A DNA stretch of 44,002 nt, taken from a virus. Taxonomy: Duplodnaviria; Caudoviricetes. The notes beneath the pieces were generated by a model. That model was not told the DNA's origin. It saw nothing but the letters and a program-made list of their open reading frames with translations, and searched no databases. Both the position numbers and the translations under genes were made by a program. Below are positions 39,117 to 44,002 of this stretch, piece by piece. Numbering within the stretch: the stretch's first letter is position 1; every line of letters starts with the position of its first letter. The DNA lies in the IMG/VR virus record IMGVR_UViG_3300038365_000077, positions 1 through 44,002 of that record; one strand, written 5' to 3'.

Positions 39117-39431
39117 ATGAAAATCAAAATATTTCCAGATTTTGAATTAGCCCAAAGCTTATTAAAACAGAAGAGCAAAAAAATATTTGATTCGGTGTAT
39201 GAATACTGTAAAGGAACAATTTTTAATTATCTTTCCATTCCCCGAAACGGTGAATTTATCGATATTGAAGATATTATGTGGGAATGGGCAAAAAAGTATT
39301 ATAAAGATTCTGCAAGTGAAATGTTAAATAAATTATGGCCTTTTGTCCGAAATGAATCGTCCGTTCATGAGGTAACCTATCATCGGAGTTTCATTTCAAT
39401 TTCATGTAAGGATATGTATTCGATAGAATGA
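39117..39431 (+). CDS. Hypothetical protein
   Basis: 104 aa ORF. Confidence 0.5.
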   Translation: MKIKIFPDFELAQSLLKQKSKKIFDSVYEYCKGTIFNYLSIPRNGEFIDIEDIMWEWAKKYYKDSASEMLNKLWPFVRNESSVHEVTYHRSFISISCKDMYSIE

Positions 39432-39550
39432 TTTGTTGTTCTGACTTTTGTGGCCTCGTTGAAGAGATTTAGTGAGGCTAATCTATATAATAACATTTCT
39501 TTTTATCGATTTATTCCTTAATTTTGCAATGTATACAAATTCACGAAGAA

Positions 39551-39625
39551 ATGAATATTTGAGATAAGAAAAAACGCTCAGAAGTAATGTCTAAAATACG
39601 GTCAAAAACACCGTGTCGAAAATGA
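39551..39625 (+). pseudogene. vsr: Vsr endonuclease 5' remnant
   Basis: MNI*DKKKRSEVMSKIRSK with stop at codon 4; TAATTTTG box upstream. Confidence 0.65.
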
Positions 39626-39844
39626 TTTCATGTAAATTTTTTTAAAGGCAAAAGCCTGTATATGAGTTTATGATCGCTTATAAAGGATTTGTGGCGCACT
39701 TGCTGTTTTTTTAAATTTAAAAAAAACAATTTATATGTGGTAGACATAAACATTGGAAATATATTGTGTTTTATTTTCTATCTTTGCATTTGTATTTCAA
39801 TTTGAAAGTATATTTCTCTAATAAATGAACACACGCTCTGTTGT

Positions 39845-40783
39845 ATGGATTACAGATTAGAATTATTATCGGACGACGATTTTGAGGACTTGATAAATAG
39901 GATCTGCCAAAAAATCCTAGGAATGGGTGTTATTTCGTTCTCAAAAGGTAAGGACGGCGGAAAAGATGGCCGGTTTACGGGCAAAGCTGAGCGATATCCG
40001 TCATCTGAAAAACGGTGGGAAGGAAAATTTATTATTCAGGCAAAGCATACAGCCAATCCGATAGCATCTTGTAGCGATAGCGATTTTACTACTATTGTAA
40101 ATGGCGAAATAGAAAAGATAAAAAAACTGAAAGAGGACAACGAAATAGATTGCTATTTGTTATTTACAAACAGAAAGTTCACCGGCGTAAAAGGAGACGA
40201 CTTGAGGAACAAGATAATAAAAGACACCGGGCTTGAAAACGTGGAGATAATAGGAAAAGAGCTGATTAACGACCTCTATCTGAGTCCGCACAGAGATATT
40301 GTAAGAGAATTTCAATTGAATTTACTGCATATCCCCTTCGATTTTTCGGAATATGAAATAAAAAATATCATAGCCGAGTTTAAAGAAAGCTTAGGTGAAA
40401 TTTCGCCGGATATTAAACTTCAAGTGGAGAGAATTAAAACCGATTACGAAAGAATTGGGTTGGATGAAAAAAACGAGAAAAATGCGTTGAGCAAGGAGTA
40501 TTACGAAAACCAGATACTGGCATCGTCGTTGCAAGATTTCGAGAAAATAAACGCTTTTTTATCCGACCCCAGAAACGATGACTTAAAAGAACAGTTTTTT
40601 GATATTGCAACAGAGTTGAGTAATCTAATTCATATTCAACGAGATAATTTTCTTGCATTTGAGGAGATATTTATATTCATATACAAAAAAATATGCGACG
40701 GCGCGAAAGACATCAGAGGTAAAAGGCATATATTTACCTTGTTGCACTTTATGTATTGGGAATGCTACATCGGAATAAAATGA
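39845..40783 (+). CDS. lmuA: Lamassu/ABC-3C effector, Mrr-like nuclease plus CTD
   Basis: DDFEDL, GKDGGKDG, IIQAKH; C-terminal FMYWECYIG. Confidence 0.75.
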   Translation: MDYRLELLSDDDFEDLINRICQKILGMGVISFSKGKDGGKDGRFTGKAERYPSSEKRWEGKFIIQAKHTANPIASCSDSDFTTIVNGEIEKIKKLKEDNEIDCYLLFTNRKFTGVKGDDLRNKIIKDTGLENVEIIGKELINDLYLSPHRDIVREFQLNLLHIPFDFSEYEIKNIIAEFKESLGEISPDIKLQVERIKTDYERIGLDEKNEKNALSKEYYENQILASSLQDFEKINAFLSDPRNDDLKEQFFDIATELSNLIHIQRDNFLAFEEIFIFIYKKICDGAKDIRGKRHIFTLLHFMYWECYIGIK

Positions 40784-41022
40784 TAAAACCAGATAGATAT
40801 ACAGATCCTAAAATTTCAGTTATCAACATCAGTTCGCTGATTTTGAGCGAATTGAATGATTTTTATGCCATTCAATACGATAATTTATTGAAAAAGGTAG
40901 TAAAAGTATTGGGCGATGATGCTAAAAGCAATTTTCCGTATGCACTTAATTTTCTTTTTTTGTCAGATAGGCTGAAATACGACCGAAAAACGGATACATT
41001 CAAATCAAATGAAACTAAGTAA
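40780..41022 (+). CDS. lmuC: Lamassu/ABC-3C middle component
   Basis: 80 aa with ALNFLFL motif, coupled between effector and ATPase. Confidence 0.7.
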   Translation: MIKPDRYTDPKISVINISSLILSELNDFYAIQYDNLLKKVVKVLGDDAKSNFPYALNFLFLSDRLKYDRKTDTFKSNETK

Positions 41023-42823
41023 ACTATATTCCAACAGCGATTTATTTAAGGATGTAACATTTAAATTAAACGGATTGAATGTGATATATGCTGACGTAGT
41101 TACGGATATTGCCGATAAAAAAAACTCACACAATCTTGGAAAATCAAAACTTGCCGAATTGATAGATTATTTACTGATAAAAAAATTAGATAAAAAAAGT
41201 TTTCTGGCAAAAACCACAGACGCAAACAATGAACTTGCATTTGGCAAACACATTTTTTATTTGGAAATACTGTTAAATTCCGGCCAATACCTTACCATTC
41301 GAAGAGATTTGCAGGAAGCTTCAAAAACATCGTTCAGCCTGAACGCACAATCTACCCACGCCTACACACCACCGCTGAATTGGGAACACGAAAACTTGGG
41401 AGTTGCAGTTGCTAAGGAGAAGCTGGCAGAGTATTTGAATTTTGATTTTTTCAAAAATAAACCCTATGACTACCGGAAAGCCATCAATTACTGCATCCGG
41501 ATGCAACCCGATTACGACGATGTGTACCGATTATCAAAATTTAAAGGAGGAAAAGACATTGATTGGAAACCTTTTATGTTTGACTTGTTGGGTTTTGACG
41601 GTGAAGTATTACGCCAAAAATATGAAAACGATAAATTACAGGAAAAAATAGAGGATGATATTGCTACATTAAGACGGGATTTCTCGGTAGATGACACAAA
41701 CCGCGATGAAATTGTAGCTCAAATCAACTTACAGGAAAGCAAAACACAAAATGCCGAAGCAAAAATAGACCAACTTAATTTTTTTGAGCAAGACAAAGAG
41801 CTGATAGAAAAAGGAATGGATAAAATTGAAAATAGTATTTCCGACCTAAATACACTCTCTTATAACCTTAATTTCGATATTGAAAAATTACGCGGTTCAA
41901 TAAAAAACAATTTTGCTTTTGACATCAACAAGGTAGAAAAAGTATTTGAAGAGTTTAAACTCTATTTTCCCGAAAACCTGAAAAAAGAGTATTCAGACCT
42001 TATCCGGTTCAATGAAGAATTGACGAAGGAGCGAAATAAATTACTGACATCTACTTTGGCGAAAAAAAAGAAAGAACTTCAAGAGGTAAACTCAAAACTC
42101 GAAAAGCTGAATAAAGAAAAAGAAAACTTACTGAGTTTTCTGCAAGATACTGATACGTTCAGACGATTGAAACAGTACCAAAAAGAGCTGGCAAAGCTGG
42201 CTTCTGAATTGATACAATTAAAGGAGAGATTAAGGGTAATTGACCTTATTATTCAGAAAAACAGAGAAAAAGATTTGTTGAAAAAGGAGATAGAAACCAC
42301 CATTGATACCATAAAAGACATATCGCATCATACGGAGAGAAACGAAAAATACGAATTGATAAGAAAACTGTTTTCTGAATACTTTCATCATATTATGGAC
42401 GAAGATGCTTATATTTCGTGGACGGTTAATTCCAACAACAACGTAGATTTCAATCCGCCCGTAATAAAAACAAAAGACAGTTTATCAAAAGATACCGCCA
42501 AAGATGAAGGACGCACATACAGGAAAATCCTCTGCGTAGCCTTTGACTTAGCTATCTTGGTGGCTTACAACAGAGAGAGTTATTTCCGTTTTGTGTATCA
42601 CGATGATGTCCTGTCGCAACAAGATAATGGGATAAAAAATCGTTTGCTGGAATTGGTACACAGCATCACGTCAAAATACGATATTCAGTATATTCTCTCG
42701 GCAATAAAATCAGATTTGCCAACAGATGAAGATGACAATTTCATCTATTTTTCCCCCGAAGATATTGTCTTGGAACTTAACGACAGGGATGCATCGGGAA
42801 CTTTGTTCGGATTTGAGTTTTAA
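41009..42823 (+). CDS. lmuB: SMC-like ABC ATPase (DUF2326)
   Basis: HNLGKS, central coiled coil, LCVAFDLA, FVYHDD, QYI. Confidence 0.8.
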   Translation: MKLSKLYSNSDLFKDVTFKLNGLNVIYADVVTDIADKKNSHNLGKSKLAELIDYLLIKKLDKKSFLAKTTDANNELAFGKHIFYLEILLNSGQYLTIRRDLQEASKTSFSLNAQSTHAYTPPLNWEHENLGVAVAKEKLAEYLNFDFFKNKPYDYRKAINYCIRMQPDYDDVYRLSKFKGGKDIDWKPFMFDLLGFDGEVLRQKYENDKLQEKIEDDIATLRRDFSVDDTNRDEIVAQINLQESKTQNAEAKIDQLNFFEQDKELIEKGMDKIENSISDLNTLSYNLNFDIEKLRGSIKNNFAFDINKVEKVFEEFKLYFPENLKKEYSDLIRFNEELTKERNKLLTSTLAKKKKELQEVNSKLEKLNKEKENLLSFLQDTDTFRRLKQYQKELAKLASELIQLKERLRVIDLIIQKNREKDLLKKEIETTIDTIKDISHHTERNEKYELIRKLFSEYFHHIMDEDAYISWTVNSNNNVDFNPPVIKTKDSLSKDTAKDEGRTYRKILCVAFDLAILVAYNRESYFRFVYHDDVLSQQDNGIKNRLLELVHSITSKYDIQYILSAIKSDLPTDEDDNFIYFSPEDIVLELNDRDASGTLFGFEF

Positions 42824-42974
42824 ATAAAACAAATTGTAGATTTGATAAAGTGTAATTCAGTTCTTTGAAAAGAAATACGGTTGTGTAAATTAAACTGTGT
42901 CAGGTTTTATTTTTATAGTTAATTTGGCACCTTTTTTCTAATGGGTAATGCTGAGACCTGAGTTTTTGTTGGTC

Positions 42975-43009
42975 AAAAACGGTTAGGGGTCGAGCCCCTA
43001 ATCGTTTTT
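42975..43009. terminator. Bidirectional terminator-like hairpin in IS 3' region
   Basis: AAAAACGGTTAGGGG-TCGAG-CCCCTAATCGTTTTT. Confidence 0.55.
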
Positions 43010-43097
43010 ATGTTCCAATGGTGCAAAGCATCGCCATCGTCTTGTTGGTCACCACAAAACTAACGAAAATTATTGGATCGCCATTATTATCAAAAAT

Positions 43098-44002
43098 TTA
43101 ATCGAAAAGTTTAAATCTTTCCGGAAAAAGAATTGCCAGTTGCTGGGCCGTCTGTCCCCAGTCTTTCAAGGGCATGGTCCACTTCTTGCGGATATTGCGG
43201 TAGGCCAGATAAACCAGTTTTTCCAATGCCGTGTCATTCGTGAAAACCCCTTTGTTTTTTGTCACCTTGCGGATCTGACGATGATATCCCTCCACCGTGT
43301 TGGTGGTGTAGATCAGTCGCCGTATAGCGTCAGTGTACTGGAAATAGGCCGATAGTTTATGCCAGTTGTCCCGCCAGGATTTAATCACCAGTGGATATTG
43401 TTCTCCCCAGTTCGACTCCAGATTGTCCAGCTCTACTTCCGCCTGTTCCTTGCTTACAGCCTGGTAAACGGGCTTGAGTTCCTTCATGAAGGCTTTCTGG
43501 TACTTGCTGGCAACATATTTGAGGGAATTGCGTATCTGATGAACGATGCAACTCTGAACGATTGTTTCCGGAAACACACTGTTGATCGCATCGGAGAAAC
43601 CTGTTAAATTATCGACACTGGCTATTAAGATATCCCGTACCCCCCGGGTTTGTAAATCTGTCAGGACCGAGAGCCAGAAATTGGCACCTTCACTCCTGGA
43701 GATATACATTCCCAGCAGATCCTTATGCCCGTTGCGGTCGACTCCGAGCACATTGTAAATGGCGCGGGTAACCGGTCGGTTTTTATCATCCATCACCTTG
43801 TAGTGGATGGCATCCATCCACACTATGGGATATACTGAATCAAGGGGACGGGTACGCCAGGATTGAAGTTCAGGCAGCACCCTGTCGGTAATGGCGCTGA
43901 TGGTATCGGCTGAAACCCGATTACCCAGGTTCTCCTCCATCCAGTCGCTGATCTCCCGCGTACTGTTGCCTAACGCGTATAAGCCAATGATACGGTCAGC
44001 TA
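43098..44002 (-). CDS. IS256 transposase, 5' partial
   Basis: YPIVWMDA, QSCIVHQIRN, IYTTNTVEG; frame open to the window end. Confidence 0.95.
   Translation of the reverse strand, partial: ADRIIGLYALGNSTREISDWMEENLGNRVSADTISAITDRVLPELQSWRTRPLDSVYPIVWMDAIHYKVMDDKNRPVTRAIYNVLGVDRNGHKDLLGMYISRSEGANFWLSVLTDLQTRGVRDILIASVDNLTGFSDAINSVFPETIVQSCIVHQIRNSLKYVASKYQKAFMKELKPVYQAVSKEQAEVELDNLESNWGEQYPLVIKSWRDNWHKLSAYFQYTDAIRRLIYTTNTVEGYHRQIRKVTKNKGVFTNDTALEKLVYLAYRNIRKKWTMPLKDWGQTAQQLAILFPERFKLFD

Larger units (their letters stand above)
35271..42878 (+). mobile_element. Second integrative element (ICE/mobilisable remnant) with defence cargo
   Basis: Integrase beside tRNA fragment, AT-rich, DUF3945 and Lamassu cargo; right end unresolved. 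Confidence 0.75.
42879..44002 (-). mobile_element. IS256-family insertion sequence (partial)
   Basis: Terminal IR GGTTGTGTAAATTAAACTGTGTCA plus transposase. Confidence 0.85.

Overview
Bacteroidota DNA (TTTG-N20-TAnnTTTG promoters, Bacteroidetes-type integrase). Bases 1-35270 are most of a temperate HK97-type siphovirus prophage. Left to right on the minus strand it carries a tail-fibre-like gene, lysis, tail, head, portal, two glycosyltransferase genes, terminase, HNH, an APSE-like replication module (SNF2, VRR-NUC, VapE primase-helicase, PolA, DUF2815, DUF2800), two methyltransferases and early genes. A divergent CI repressor operon follows, ending at a 3' tRNA-Asp fragment (att). A second, decayed integrative element follows (integrase, ORF6N, DUF3945, vsr remnant, Lamassu/ABC-three-component defence system), then an IS256 copy. 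Most notable: (1) a three-cassette integron-like attC array inside the phage replication operon, with no integron integrase in the window; (2) a glycosyltransferase pair in the terminase operon, with both capsid and tail tube ending in Thr-Thr (candidate virion glycosylation); (3) a C5-methyltransferase frameshifted by a (GA)15 tract (candidate phase variation); (4) a duplicated 36-bp late-promoter-like motif next to a sigma-region-2-like protein; (5) a tRNA-shaped RNA with a non-canonical anticodon arm. All family calls come from motif recognition by eye, not database searches.
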